A stretch of DNA of 54,870 nucleotides from Candidatus Uhrbacteria bacterium (GCA_016188495.1 JACPHU010000023.1:1-54870), one strand, 5' to 3'; counted from the stretch's first letter, positions 16,833 to 27,470 are shown. Numbers and translations: made by a program. The notes: generated by a model not told the origin, from the letters alone.

Positions 16833-17387
16833 TCAATGACTCTCCTCTCGTTTGTATTTAAGGGCACTGGCTAACCACACCAAATCATCAAACATCGTCT
16901 GAGTCATCTTTTCATAGGATGGATCTTTGATCGATCCGTCTTCGTTGAAAAGCATTTCGACATTTGGAAAATACAAAGCGTTTCGAATTGGGTACATTTT
17001 CAGCGTATGAGCCACGGAAACAAGAAGTTTCACGGCTCTAACTCCTCCTGTCCATCCGGAGGAAACGCCGCAGACAGCAAGAGCTTTATTGGTGTACTCC
17101 TTATAAATTTGATCGATCATCAATTTAAGCTCGCCTGGATATCCATGATTATATTCAGGGGTTACAATAATCAAACCATCTGCGCGAGTCATAATGTGCG
17201 ACCATTGTTGGGCGCGCGGATGCTCCATCGCCTCTGTGCGTCCTACAGAAACAAAATCGCGGACATCGAGCAATTCCGTTTCAAATGCTTGATGCTTTGC
17301 TTTCTCCAAAATATAACGCGCCGCTTTTTCAGATTGGCGACCCTCCCGAGCTGTGCCTAGAAGGATGGGGAGATAGAGTGATGTCAT
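16833..17387 (-). CDS. NAD(P)H-dependent FMN reductase family oxidoreductase
   Basis: LIIVTPEYNHGYPGELK signature. 184 aa. Confidence 0.75.
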   Translation of the reverse strand: MTSLYLPILLGTAREGRQSEKAARYILEKAKHQAFETELLDVRDFVSVGRTEAMEHPRAQQWSHIMTRADGLIIVTPEYNHGYPGELKLMIDQIYKEYTNKALAVCGVSSGWTGGVRAVKLLVSVAHTLKMYPIRNALYFPNVEMLFNEDGSIKDPSYEKMTQTMFDDLVWLASALKYKREESH

Positions 17388-17410
17388 AAAAATTCTTTTT
17401 TAAAACTCAT

Positions 17411-18385
17411 TTAACCAAGCGATGACACAGGAGTTAAATGACACTCGAGAACACGTGCTGCATTTTTCCAAGAAATCTTTTCTATCTGATCAGAGGTATA
17501 TCCTCGTTTTTCTAACTCTTGCCAAAATAAAGGAAGTGTTTCGAGTGAATCAAGTTGTGATACGTGTCCCGTGATAATCCCTCCAAAATCTGTACCCAGC
17601 GCAACGTGGTCTATCCCCATCACCCGTACAAGATGATCTATATGATTTGCTACGTCAGAAATTTCTGCCACAGATGTTCCCGTGACGTATGTACGTGCAA
17701 AGAAAACTCCTATGACTCCATTTGTTTGCGCAATCAAACGCAACTGTTCATCCGAATAATTTCTTGGATTCTCACAAAGAGCACACGCATTTCCATGACT
17801 CACTAAAAGAGGACGGTTTACGATTTTTGCTGCCTGTGCAAATGTAGGGGCGTTCATGTGCGCAAAATCAACAATCATTCCCTTTTTTTCGCACCATGTG
17901 ATCAGTTTTGCACCGAGGTCTGTTAATCCTGTAGAGGGATCTTTTGTTCCTCCTCCCAAACTATTGGTCACATTCCACACGATTCCTAATGATCGCCATC
18001 CAAGATCAAACCAACGTTCGCATATATCCCAATCACCATCAGTCATCGCGTTGAGGCCTTCAATATGAAGAATGATTCCCGTAGATGCATCTTTCTTTAA
18101 CGCCAAACGTAAATCATCGGACGTTCGAATAATCGAGTGATGTGTGCTCGTTTTACAGTAAGAATTATAGGTTCTAAAATCCTCCTCAATCATACGATTC
18201 GTGATTGGATTCAAATACTCTTCATTCTCCGGTACAGGAAAAGCTGTTGCTAACACCACCTTTGTATTTGTGCGAACCAACATATCAAAATCGGTTTGCC
18301 AATGATCTGGATATAAATCACGACGATTGATATGCAATAGTAAATCCTGATGCAAATCGACCAACGGAGGAAACACCTGTGTCAT
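17411..18385 (-). CDS. membrane dipeptidase (peptidase family M19)
   Basis: VDLHQDLL, ILHIEG, DFAHM and VSHGNACALCENPRNYSDEQL match the M19 motif order. Confidence 0.8.
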   Translation of the reverse strand: MTQVFPPLVDLHQDLLLHINRRDLYPDHWQTDFDMLVRTNTKVVLATAFPVPENEEYLNPITNRMIEEDFRTYNSYCKTSTHHSIIRTSDDLRLALKKDASTGIILHIEGLNAMTDGDWDICERWFDLGWRSLGIVWNVTNSLGGGTKDPSTGLTDLGAKLITWCEKKGMIVDFAHMNAPTFAQAAKIVNRPLLVSHGNACALCENPRNYSDEQLRLIAQTNGVIGVFFARTYVTGTSVAEISDVANHIDHLVRVMGIDHVALGTDFGGIITGHVSQLDSLETLPLFWQELEKRGYTSDQIEKISWKNAARVLECHLTPVSSLG

Positions 18386-18439
18386 AAAAAATATGAAAAA
18401 AGGTTGGAATGGATTCTGTCATCCTTTCCAACCAATGCG

Positions 18440-19570
18440 TTATTTTCGAGCCTGTCTATGGCGTGTTGCCACATGAATGAGCGTAGAAATCTGATCGACT
18501 GTTCCTTCATAGGCCCAGGGATGCACGTAAAACGAACGTCCGTGGAGCATGTCGTGCTGGGTAAAACAATTTGCCTGGCTGATGTCGTAAAAGACAACAT
18601 CAGCCACCAAGGCTGCCTCACGAAAACGCAACCCCGCTCTTGTTTTTTCTTCGGTACACTGTCCAATGACAGCCATTCGATCTTCGGATTTCACAGAACG
18701 AATCCTCTCGCTTCGGTCACGGTTTCCTTTTTCAAGAGATAACCATGCCTCAACAAGTTCATCGATTTCTGCTTTATGATCTATGTCACCTGCCAAACGC
18801 ACGCTCGCCACAGGTAACAAATGAAATACCTGCTGTTGTGGAAGTCCGATGCGACCAGCAACGAGATCGTAGACCTGTGTCAACAGGTCGGTCATACTGC
18901 CAATGTAATGTACCATATCCGGCCCTGAAAGATGGTACACTTCATTGAGACCCGTCCTTTCTGCTTCAATGATTCCATCTACAAGAACGTTGAGTACATT
19001 GGGCAAAAGAGCTCCGTGTTCTTCACATGTCAATCCATAGATGCCGCACTCCTGCAGCTCTTTCCAATTTTTCACCTGCAACGAAAGGCGTTCTCCTTCA
19101 GAGGAAACCTGATGCGTCCAGATCTGTGGATACTCGGATGTCGCAATCTCCAAAATCGCCAAAACCCGATCGACTCGGGCTTTCAAATAGTCGGTATACA
19201 CGACACATTCAGCCTGAGGCATCGCTCGGTGCATCGCTTCCATATGACAATCGATCAACCGCCTTCCTGGCGTAAACAGCGTCGAGCGTGTAGATGGAGA
19301 CTGTACATAAGCATGAGTCGTCAGCCTTGTGCCACAGGAGACGATTTCCGCCTCCTTATTGCAAATCAACTTATGTGGATGAAAGTTTCGGTCGCGTTGC
19401 CCAATGGTGCGATCGTAAAAGTTCATCAAAATTCCAGCATTCGCCATGATCAAATTGTTGGTATAGATATTCCCGACATGCGGAGTTTTCATGACGGAAA
19501 AACCTTGCTGGCGTAACACGGACAGTGCATGAATGGAAAGATCGGAACGAATGCGGACGGTAAAGCTCAT
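18440..19570 (-). CDS. hypothetical protein (376 aa) between two peptidase genes
   Basis: Start at ATG 19570 with GGAGG RBS. The ORF is open to 19636. I recognised no family motif. Confidence 0.4.
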   Translation of the reverse strand: MSFTVRIRSDLSIHALSVLRQQGFSVMKTPHVGNIYTNNLIMANAGILMNFYDRTIGQRDRNFHPHKLICNKEAEIVSCGTRLTTHAYVQSPSTRSTLFTPGRRLIDCHMEAMHRAMPQAECVVYTDYLKARVDRVLAILEIATSEYPQIWTHQVSSEGERLSLQVKNWKELQECGIYGLTCEEHGALLPNVLNVLVDGIIEAERTGLNEVYHLSGPDMVHYIGSMTDLLTQVYDLVAGRIGLPQQQVFHLLPVASVRLAGDIDHKAEIDELVEAWLSLEKGNRDRSERIRSVKSEDRMAVIGQCTEEKTRAGLRFREAALVADVVFYDISQANCFTQHDMLHGRSFYVHPWAYEGTVDQISTLIHVATRHRQARK

Positions 19571-19703
19571 GTGTTCCTCCAAGCAAAAACTTCTCGGACA
19601 CTGCCCCCGCTGACCTGTCAGAAAAAGAGCATCCATTTCCTTATTTAGAAATGGAGAGGTTCTTAAATAAACCTATTCAACAACCTCTCCCGCACCAAAT
19701 AAC

Positions 19704-19734
19704 AGAAAACCACCATTTTTACATGGCGGTTTTT
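19704..19734 (-). terminator. intrinsic terminator downstream of the M20 peptidase gene
   Basis: ACCACCAT (19709-16) / ATGGCGGT (19723-30) with one mismatch, and T-runs on both strands. Confidence 0.45.
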
Positions 19735-19895
19735 ATTTCTTCATTCAAGAAATTTTCTCTTTACACACCACCATGTTGATAGAAAAACAGTATCCCAAAA
19801 ATTGGAAGGATAATGTGTCCAATAGACATGGAAAATAGATGTGTGTTTATAGAAAGCATACCTATAAAGACATTAACAATATTCAACAAATCACG

Positions 19896-21014
19896 TCAAG
19901 TTTTTTCTGATTCAATGTTGAGATTAAATTTTTGGATAAAAGCAAAACAAATCTCATAAAAATCCACAAGGCTTTCTGTTTCTAACCATTCGTGTGGACT
20001 ATGCTGGTCTCCCGATGTTGGTCGAGAAACAATGATCGGAATCCCTAGCGAGGTAAAAAATCGCCCGTCATTGGAACCACAATGCTTATTGAACGTTGCC
20101 GGCGTGCCGAGATTTTCCTCTACACAAGAAGCATACAGCTGCACGAACGGATCTTGTGGATCGGTAAAAATAGGATCTCCATTCACCCGCATTTCAACAC
20201 AAACCTCATTTCCGACACAGGCCGTAATCTGCTCAAGCAACGCCTGGGCCGTGACGTCTGGCGTAAAGCGAATATCCAAGTCGCAAGAAGCGGAACCCGG
20301 AATCTGGTTGGCTGCCTCGCCTCCGGAAATCATCCCGATATTGAGCGTGTGGTACCAAAAATCAGTTGCGGTAGCTTGATTTGGAAACAATGTGCGCACG
20401 CGAGCATAGGCCGACAACAGCTTCTCAATCGCATTTTCTCCCAACCACGGACGAGACCCGTGTCCGGTCTTTCCCTTGGCTGTCATGCGAAGAAGAAGGA
20501 CGCCTTTATTTTGCAGCACAATATCATCCGGCGACTGACCTCCATCTGGAATCAAAGCAATTTTGCAACGGTAACCAACCTCGTTGACCAGATAGTTGAC
20601 CCCATTCAGACCTCCGATTTCTTCATCGCTGGTCAACATCAGTGCCAAAGAAGGTGGATGGGATTGCTGAGCAAATTCTTTTAAAAGCAACATAAGTACT
20701 GCACATTCGCTCTTCATGTCGCACGACCCGCGGGCAAATAACTTGGTTCCTTCGTAACGGGGTTCAAACAATTCATCCGGAGCCGGTACGACATCGATAT
20801 GTCCAACCAGTAAAATATCCGGAGTGAACGTCTCTTGTGTACTGATCACCACAGCAGGTTTTCCTGCACATGTATAACGATTGATAAAAAGACCCTCGGT
20901 CCCCTGAAAAAACTGCTCCACAAAATCGACACAGCGGTTCAACTCGTCTGGACGGTCTGCGGTTGTTTTTATTCTGACCAGATCTTCTGTGATGTGAAGA
21001 ATGACATCTTTCAT
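19896..21014 (-). CDS. M20 family metallopeptidase (ArgE/DapE/ACY1-like)
   Basis: LLVGHIDVVP, RGSCDMK and SDEEIGG motifs. Confidence 0.8.
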   Translation of the reverse strand: MKDVILHITEDLVRIKTTADRPDELNRCVDFVEQFFQGTEGLFINRYTCAGKPAVVISTQETFTPDILLVGHIDVVPAPDELFEPRYEGTKLFARGSCDMKSECAVLMLLLKEFAQQSHPPSLALMLTSDEEIGGLNGVNYLVNEVGYRCKIALIPDGGQSPDDIVLQNKGVLLLRMTAKGKTGHGSRPWLGENAIEKLLSAYARVRTLFPNQATATDFWYHTLNIGMISGGEAANQIPGSASCDLDIRFTPDVTAQALLEQITACVGNEVCVEMRVNGDPIFTDPQDPFVQLYASCVEENLGTPATFNKHCGSNDGRFFTSLGIPIIVSRPTSGDQHSPHEWLETESLVDFYEICFAFIQKFNLNIESEKT

Positions 21015-21050
21015 AAATAAAAAACCACCGGTTTCCCGGTGATTTATACA

Positions 21051-21542
21051 TTAAACTCCCTCTCCAAAAATATAGCGATCCGTAATTTTTTCGTAGTCAA
21101 ACAATTCTTCTTCTTTGAAGAATCGCTTGATTTCTGCACCAGCGCTCTCTTGTGAATCTGACGCATGGATAAGATTTGATGGCACGTTCATGGAAAGGTC
21201 CGCGCGAATGGTTCCGGCGTCAGCCTCGCGAGGATTGGTTGATCCTACAATTTTGCGAACTTCCGCGATCGCGTCATAACCCTCCAGCACCATACCCACC
21301 ACCGGGGTCTGCATCATAAACTGCTTGAGGCTCCCAAAAAAAGGCTTGCTGGAGAGATGGGCGTAATGTTCGTCCAACAATTCATCAGTCAGACGAATAA
21401 ATTTCATTGCTACAAACTTAAGTCCCTTTCGTTCAAAACGTCCAACGATTTCACCTAACAAATCTCTTTGAAGAGCGTCCGGCTTAAGGAGCACGAGTGT
21501 TTTTTGTTTGTCTGCCATAAAAAATAATGATTGATTTGTCAA
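21051..21542 (-). CDS. ndk: nucleoside diphosphate kinase
   Basis: TLVLLKPDALQRDLLGEIVGRFERKGLKFVAMK and NLIHASDS. The true start may be the internal MADKQKT. Confidence 0.85.
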   Translation of the reverse strand: MTNQSLFFMADKQKTLVLLKPDALQRDLLGEIVGRFERKGLKFVAMKFIRLTDELLDEHYAHLSSKPFFGSLKQFMMQTPVVGMVLEGYDAIAEVRKIVGSTNPREADAGTIRADLSMNVPSNLIHASDSQESAGAEIKRFFKEEELFDYEKITDRYIFGEGV

Positions 21543-21560
21543 AAAAATATCACAGAGCGC

Positions 21561-22469
21561 TCAAAAAGGCAATCGATGAACTTCTACCGTAGGTTCACCG
21601 CCATAGGAGGTAAGCAGAATATCACCCTCTTGATCGGTTCGAAAAATCTGTACATTTCGTTCCTGAAGTCGCTGCACAATCGTTGGATGAGGGTGTCCAT
21701 ACTCGTTGTCAGTTCCTAAAGAAAGGAAAGCAATTTCTGGATGAACCTGGTTCAAAAAAGACCAACTCGTCGAGGTCAGGCTTCCATGATGTCCTACTTT
21801 CAAAACATCGATATCTCCAGCGCTGGGTCCAAACATCTGTTCTGGATCTTGCTCTACGTCCCCGGTAAATAAGATACTTGTCTGACCATAATCCAATCGA
21901 ATCACGATGGAAAGATTATTTCGAGATGCAGACGGCTCTAGAAGAGATGGGTCATCTGGCCATAAAACGCTCAAGCGCGCCTCCCCAATAGAAAGCGTTT
22001 CCCCTGCCCGAAGTATTCGATGGGAAAGTCCTTCTTCTGTTTTTAATTGGGAAACAAAGGCCTCGTCAGGCGGTGTGTGAGCACGCACACCACTTTCATA
22101 AACAGCTCCGATCTCATAGCGATCCAGCACCGAAACGAACCCTGTCACATGATCGGCATCGGCATGCGTCAACACAAGAGCATCGATCTTTCGATCCCAT
22201 GGCGGCAAAACGCTTCCGAGTTTGGCTAACACCGCATCATCTGGTCCGCCATCAATAAGCCATTGTTCTCCTGTGGGAAATTCAATCAAAAGCGCGTCTC
22301 CCTGACCAACATCCAACATCCACACGCGCAATGGCTGCGCAACCCAAGGAAACACAAACCCACGGTCATGAATCCATAACCCCAAAGACACCATAACCAT
22401 CATCACGACCAAAGTGACAGACTGAAAGGATGTCGAAAAAAAAGACTGCTTAGGCTTCGCGCGAGACAT
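21561..22469 (-). CDS. MBL-fold metallo-hydrolase corresponding to the ComEC C-terminal domain, as a separate ORF
   Basis: LVLTHADADHVTGF and KVGHHGS motifs plus its own N-terminal TM helix. It overlaps the upstream comEC ORF by 20 nt in another frame. Confidence 0.7.
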   Translation of the reverse strand: MSRAKPKQSFFSTSFQSVTLVVMMVMVSLGLWIHDRGFVFPWVAQPLRVWMLDVGQGDALLIEFPTGEQWLIDGGPDDAVLAKLGSVLPPWDRKIDALVLTHADADHVTGFVSVLDRYEIGAVYESGVRAHTPPDEAFVSQLKTEEGLSHRILRAGETLSIGEARLSVLWPDDPSLLEPSASRNNLSIVIRLDYGQTSILFTGDVEQDPEQMFGPSAGDIDVLKVGHHGSLTSTSWSFLNQVHPEIAFLSLGTDNEYGHPHPTIVQRLQERNVQIFRTDQEGDILLTSYGGEPTVEVHRLPF

Positions 22470-23943
22470 ATCGACGATAGAACCAAAAAAGAAAAAAAGA
22501 AACCACGATCACCCCTGCCAGAAGTCGGCTGTGGACCGGTTGTATAGAAGCAAACGTCACAGAACCGAACAACCTCACAATGGTCAGCATCACGGAAGAA
22601 AGCGCCCATGCAGGAAGCAGAACAATCTGCGCGAACCCTCCCGTAAAAAACGCGGCAAACGCTCCTACAATGGTAAGAGCCATCGCGTAAGGAACCAGCG
22701 GAAGCACGAGGATATTGGCAAATGGCGCAATAAGGGACACTTGGCCGAAATGCCATAAAATCACAGGAAGCGTCAGAAAAATAGCCGCAAGAGATCCGGC
22801 AAAAGACTCGCGTAATCCAAAAAGTTCTGGGAGAAACACCAAACGTTCGCTCAAAGGCTTCGTGAAGGCGATGACGGCCATCGTGGCGACAAACGAAAGT
22901 TGGAATCCAACATCAAAGATTAAAAGCGGATTTAACAGCAGCATCACGCTCGCAGTCAAAAGAAACAAATTGAGCAGATACGCTTTACGGCAAACCCAAC
23001 GTTCTACCAGCACCAAAGATCCCATAATCCCCGCTCGTACCACCGCTGCAGAGGCGCCCGCAAGAACAACGTATGCGCACAAAAGAACAAGAGTAAGAAT
23101 CAGTCCCCTGCGGCGTCCAAATCCGGTAGAAAGAATAAACGAAAGGAAGGTGACAGAAAAAAGAGAAATATTAAATCCGGAAGCCGCAAGCACATGCGAA
23201 AGACCTGTTTGGGTAAAATCCTTTTTTAAATCTGGAGAAAGAGCAGAAGAGCCTCCGAACACCAGACCGGCAAGAAACGCGGCATGCGGCTCAGGAACAA
23301 ACGTTTGGATCTGTGCGATAAGATCTTGTTTGAATGAAAGCAGGCTCCCTCTCACGGATCCGTGTTCAGCAGAATGAACATCGATATACAGAGGCTGATA
23401 ACACACCGCAAAGATACCTTTAATCGCCAAAGACCGATCATAGGCAAAACCGTTAAACGGTTTTGGTTGTTCCACACGGCAATTGAAAACCAGTTCATCA
23501 CCAAATTGAACCTGAGGATATAACGGCGCCCACACAAGCAGCTTTCCTTCTTTGTTCTGATCCCCATACCGCACGTGATCTAGCACGAGCCGCTGCGCAT
23601 CTGTGCGTCGTTCAACTTCCGCATCCACGCGACCTTCGACACGAATCGCGGAACTGGGCACGGAAGCGACCGAAGAAACAACAGGCGAAAGAGTCCATGT
23701 GGCGCGAAAAAGAGCAAAAAAGAAAACGGCTAAAAGAATAACCACAAGTCGCCGTTCACCAGACGAGAAAAAAATTCCTGCAGCCATGAGCCCTGCGCCA
23801 ACACCCAAGAGCCATGGACACCATCCAAAAGGAAGAAAAAGTCCTAAGATGGTCCCAAAACAAAACACCGCCAGAGCACTGGCGAGTGTTTTAGAGGGAC
23901 TTTTCAAAATCTCATGAAGCGTCATATCTGCCAATACCCACAC
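22450..23943 (-). CDS. comEC: ComEC/Rec2 competence membrane channel (N-terminal OB/DUF4131 and competence domains)
   Basis: Polytopic membrane protein. The pattern FLAGLVFGGSSALSPDLKKDFTQTGLSHVLAASGFNISL is typical of the Competence domain. Confidence 0.75.
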   Translation of the reverse strand: MWVLADMTLHEILKSPSKTLASALAVFCFGTILGLFLPFGWCPWLLGVGAGLMAAGIFFSSGERRLVVILLAVFFFALFRATWTLSPVVSSVASVPSSAIRVEGRVDAEVERRTDAQRLVLDHVRYGDQNKEGKLLVWAPLYPQVQFGDELVFNCRVEQPKPFNGFAYDRSLAIKGIFAVCYQPLYIDVHSAEHGSVRGSLLSFKQDLIAQIQTFVPEPHAAFLAGLVFGGSSALSPDLKKDFTQTGLSHVLAASGFNISLFSVTFLSFILSTGFGRRRGLILTLVLLCAYVVLAGASAAVVRAGIMGSLVLVERWVCRKAYLLNLFLLTASVMLLLNPLLIFDVGFQLSFVATMAVIAFTKPLSERLVFLPELFGLRESFAGSLAAIFLTLPVILWHFGQVSLIAPFANILVLPLVPYAMALTIVGAFAAFFTGGFAQIVLLPAWALSSVMLTIVRLFGSVTFASIQPVHSRLLAGVIVVSFFLFWFYRRYVSREA

Positions 23944-25240
23944 CGCGATAGATGAATCCTAATCGTTCCAAATGAAGATCAGCGAGATAATTACGTCCAT
24001 CAAAAATACGCGGTTCCAACATTTGTAAACGCAGTGTATCAAATGAAACTTCTTTAAACTCAGGCCATTCTGTTAATACCACCAAAGCGTCAGCGCCCGA
24101 GGCAGCATCCATCGCGGTCGGAGCAAAGACGACCGTATCGGACAAAACACGTTTTGCGTTTTCAATCGCTTTTGGATCGTAAGCCACGATCTCGGCACCC
24201 TGGGCGCATAATCGTTGTGTGATTTCAATGGCGGCAGATTCCCGCACATCATCCGTATCGGGTTTAAACGCCAAGCCCCATACAGCAATACGACGGCCTT
24301 TTACCCCACCCAATTCGTCAACCAAACGTTTGAAAAAAGAATCACGCTGACGATTATTTACCTCGATAACGGAAGAAAGAAGTTTGAAAGAATAACCGTT
24401 TTGACCTGAAAGTTGTTCAAGCGCGGAAACATCTTTTGGAAAACATGAACCCCCGTAGCCGATTCCGGCTTTGAGGAAATGCGGTCCAATACGATGATCC
24501 AAGCCGATCCCTTGGGCAATATCCCGAACATCAGCCCCTACACGATCCGCCAAATTTGCCATTTCATTGATGAATGAAATTTTTGTGGCAAGGAAGGCAT
24601 TGGCCGCATATTTAATTAACTCGGCCGATTCGATCGTGGTCACAACGCGGGGAGCTTTGATCCCTTCGTGAAGTCGATCAACGGTTTGTGCCGCAATACC
24701 ATCATCTGCACCAATCACGATACGATCAGAAACAAGAAAATCTTCCAACGCCGTCCCCTCTCTGAGAAACTCGGGAACAGACACGATCTGAATCAGATCT
24801 GCTAATGCTTCCCGTCCTTTTTCCTTCATGGCCTTGCGAATATGCGCCAACACCTTGCGATTGGTTCCTACAGGAACAGTACTTTTTACAACGATCACCG
24901 CTTCGTGATCCAAAGAAAGACCAATCTGCTGTGAAGCCGCAAACAGGGCGTTTAGGTCTGCTTCTCCCGTAGACTTAGGCGGAGTTCCCACAGCTAAAAT
25001 AATGACATCTGCCTGTCCAATCACGCTCGCGAGATCTGTGGTGAACATGATATTTCCAAGGTTTTGTACCTGTTTCAACGCTTCCTGGAGGCCTGGCTCA
25101 TAAAAGGGCACTTCGCCCATATCCAGACGAGTGATCTTTGAAACATCAATATCCACACAAGCAACCTTGTGTCCTAACGTAGCAAAACCCACCCCAGTCG
25201 TAAGACCGACATAGCCGGTTCCAATCATGACAACATTCAT
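23912..25240 (-). CDS. ugd: UDP-glucose 6-dehydrogenase
   Basis: MNVVMIGTGYVGLTTG Rossmann N-terminus and GYGGSCFPKDV catalytic Cys motif. Confidence 0.85.
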   Translation of the reverse strand: MNVVMIGTGYVGLTTGVGFATLGHKVACVDIDVSKITRLDMGEVPFYEPGLQEALKQVQNLGNIMFTTDLASVIGQADVIILAVGTPPKSTGEADLNALFAASQQIGLSLDHEAVIVVKSTVPVGTNRKVLAHIRKAMKEKGREALADLIQIVSVPEFLREGTALEDFLVSDRIVIGADDGIAAQTVDRLHEGIKAPRVVTTIESAELIKYAANAFLATKISFINEMANLADRVGADVRDIAQGIGLDHRIGPHFLKAGIGYGGSCFPKDVSALEQLSGQNGYSFKLLSSVIEVNNRQRDSFFKRLVDELGGVKGRRIAVWGLAFKPDTDDVRESAAIEITQRLCAQGAEIVAYDPKAIENAKRVLSDTVVFAPTAMDAASGADALVVLTEWPEFKEVSFDTLRLQMLEPRIFDGRNYLADLHLERLGFIYRGVGIGRYDAS

Positions 25241-25582
25241 AGTGAAAAAAGCTTAGCAAAGACAAGGGAATGTTTCCAGAAAAATCTAAAATAAAAAGAA
25301 AAGCATCCACACTCTACCCACACTCTACCCTTGACCAAAAGACGATTCTTTGTTACGTTCTGTCCTTAACTTTTTAACGCCCAAATCCTTCTATGCGAAC
25401 CCGCATCACATTTGGTTCCGGATATGCAGCCAACGTTGTTGAAACAACGCTGGGTGCCTGTTTTGTTTGGGCGTGGAATTTCAATTTTTAAGTTGACCTT
25501 GAAAATATGAGATGTCTCGCCGTAAATGCGAGGCATTTTTCTTTGTTCTTTCGTTCTTTCCAAAAAACAATAGGAGGTCTTT

Positions 25583-27457
25583 GTGAAAGAAGCAGAGTGT
25601 TCTCGTGAGGATTCGACAACGATTTTCAGTTACCTGAAATCCATGAGAGAAACCTATGATGTTCTGCGCTGGTGTCGAGAACAATTCGTGAACGAAAAAG
25701 CTTACACGTTCATGAAAGGTATTCTCGTCTGGGCTGTCTTCTCTCGTATCGTAAGCCTGGCGTATCCATGGCTCATGGGTCTGGGAATCGATGGCCTCTA
25801 TCTTCACAATAGCCATTACGCAATAGGGGCGCTCGTAGGTATTTGGCTGACCTACGTGATCGGATCTGTGTTTGAGTGGAGGACGGTACGTTTTATCGAA
25901 CTGACTCTGGGAGAAAATCAACGGACGATTGAACGACGCATCAATGAGCTGTTTTTTTCCAAAAATCTTGGTCTTCATTTAGAAGAAGGCGGACTGCTCA
26001 CGCAAGAAAATATGGAAAAGGGATGGAATCGTCTGGAAACAGTCCAAAACTCCATTCTGTTTGGAGGTGTTGATTCAAGCCTGTCTCTGATCCTTTCCTT
26101 TGGCATGCTCATGATCTTGAGTCCTGTGTGCGGAATGATTATTTTTTTCACTCTGATAGGAAACTTCTTCTTATCCCTGCACCTGAATCGATTTGTGACC
26201 CAGCACATGGAACCCATTGAATCTCTCTTCCGAAAACTTCACCGCAAACGCGGGGAACGGTGGCAGGGGGTCGAACGAGTGATTACCTCCGGTCGAGAGT
26301 TAGAAGAAATTGAAGAAATGGATCAGGAACATACCATCGCCCTCAATGGTAACCTTGAAATATGGCTCTATTATATTCGAGGAACGATTCCTCGATCTCT
26401 CTTGGTAGGATGTTCTGTGACGCTCGTTGGTCTGTATGCTGGATGGTGCGTCTGGAATAATACGATGACGGTCTCTGACCTGATTCCCATTCTGACGTGG
26501 GCTGGAATGGCAAGCCAGCAAATGCGCTTTCTGGCTCGTACGGAACGCGAAATCAATTGGTGTACATCTAGCCTTAAATCGTTGCGTCATGCCTTGAGCC
26601 TTCAATCTCAATTCACAGAACCTCCACAGGCAGAAGAATTAGATGATGCGTGTGTGGAAATTGAGTTTAAGGATCTCGGCCATAGCTACGACCACAAACG
26701 ACGCGGACAGACGACGATACCCGTTACCGTGTTGAGTGGATTGTCCTTCAAAATCAAACCGGGACAAAAGGTCGCTTTTATCGGTCCAAGCGGTGCTGGA
26801 AAAAGCACGATCACACGACTCATCCAACGCTATATGGATCCCACAGAAGGATCAATCGTCATTAACGGACATGATCTTCGACACATTTCATTGCGTTCAT
26901 GGCGCCGGATTATCGGGTATATTCCCCAGCAACCAAAAGTGTTTGATGGAACCCTGCGCGATAATCTGCTCTACGGATTATCCGCACAACAACGTCTCTC
27001 TATTTCTGATGAGGAAATTCTCAGAATCATGACTTTGCTACGGGTAGATTTCGGTTCGCGTCTGACGCACGGTCTGTACACCAGGGTTGGACGTAACGGC
27101 ATGAAACTCTCCGGAGGAGAAGCTCAGAGAGTTATGATCTGCGCGGCAATCCTCAAGCGCCCAAAATTCATGATCATTGATGAGGCGACGAGTTCGCTGG
27201 ACGCAGAAAATCAGGCGGCCGTGCAATCCGGAATCGACCAGTTGTTAGCCCACGAAGAGACAAGTGCCATCATCATCGCTCACCGTCTTTCCACCATCAA
27301 GCGATGTGATCTGTTCGTCGTCTTGAAACCGATCGATTCTCTCGCTCCTGGAGAAAGTCAGATCGAATACATTGGAACAAATCTGGAAGATGTTTCCAAA
27401 CATTCAACGATCTTCAAACGCCTCGCGCAGCTTGAAGGTATAGATCTCGCAGCATAA
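25583..27457 (+). CDS. ABC exporter, fused permease/ATP-binding protein (MsbA-like)
   Basis: GTG start with AGGAGG RBS. Walker A GPSGAGKST, signature LSGGEAQR and Walker B FMIIDEATSSLD. Confidence 0.85.
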   Translation: MKEAECSREDSTTIFSYLKSMRETYDVLRWCREQFVNEKAYTFMKGILVWAVFSRIVSLAYPWLMGLGIDGLYLHNSHYAIGALVGIWLTYVIGSVFEWRTVRFIELTLGENQRTIERRINELFFSKNLGLHLEEGGLLTQENMEKGWNRLETVQNSILFGGVDSSLSLILSFGMLMILSPVCGMIIFFTLIGNFFLSLHLNRFVTQHMEPIESLFRKLHRKRGERWQGVERVITSGRELEEIEEMDQEHTIALNGNLEIWLYYIRGTIPRSLLVGCSVTLVGLYAGWCVWNNTMTVSDLIPILTWAGMASQQMRFLARTEREINWCTSSLKSLRHALSLQSQFTEPPQAEELDDACVEIEFKDLGHSYDHKRRGQTTIPVTVLSGLSFKIKPGQKVAFIGPSGAGKSTITRLIQRYMDPTEGSIVINGHDLRHISLRSWRRIIGYIPQQPKVFDGTLRDNLLYGLSAQQRLSISDEEILRIMTLLRVDFGSRLTHGLYTRVGRNGMKLSGGEAQRVMICAAILKRPKFMIIDEATSSLDAENQAAVQSGIDQLLAHEETSAIIIAHRLSTIKRCDLFVVLKPIDSLAPGESQIEYIGTNLEDVSKHSTIFKRLAQLEGIDLAA

Positions 27458-27470
27458 CGCGAACAAAATC

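Noticed and set aside
25308-25329. Tandem 11-nt repeat CACACTCTACC x2 in the ugd/ABC divergent spacer.
   Set aside because: There are only two copies with no further structure. It is probably a slippage duplication or a minor regulator site, which is too little to interpret.
25414-25433. GGTTCCGGATATGCAGCCAA resembles the SRP RNA domain IV segment (GUCCGGAAGGAAGCAGCC).
   Set aside because: The GNRA tetraloop and the symmetric-loop pairing partner are missing, and no surrounding helix of SRP length can be drawn.
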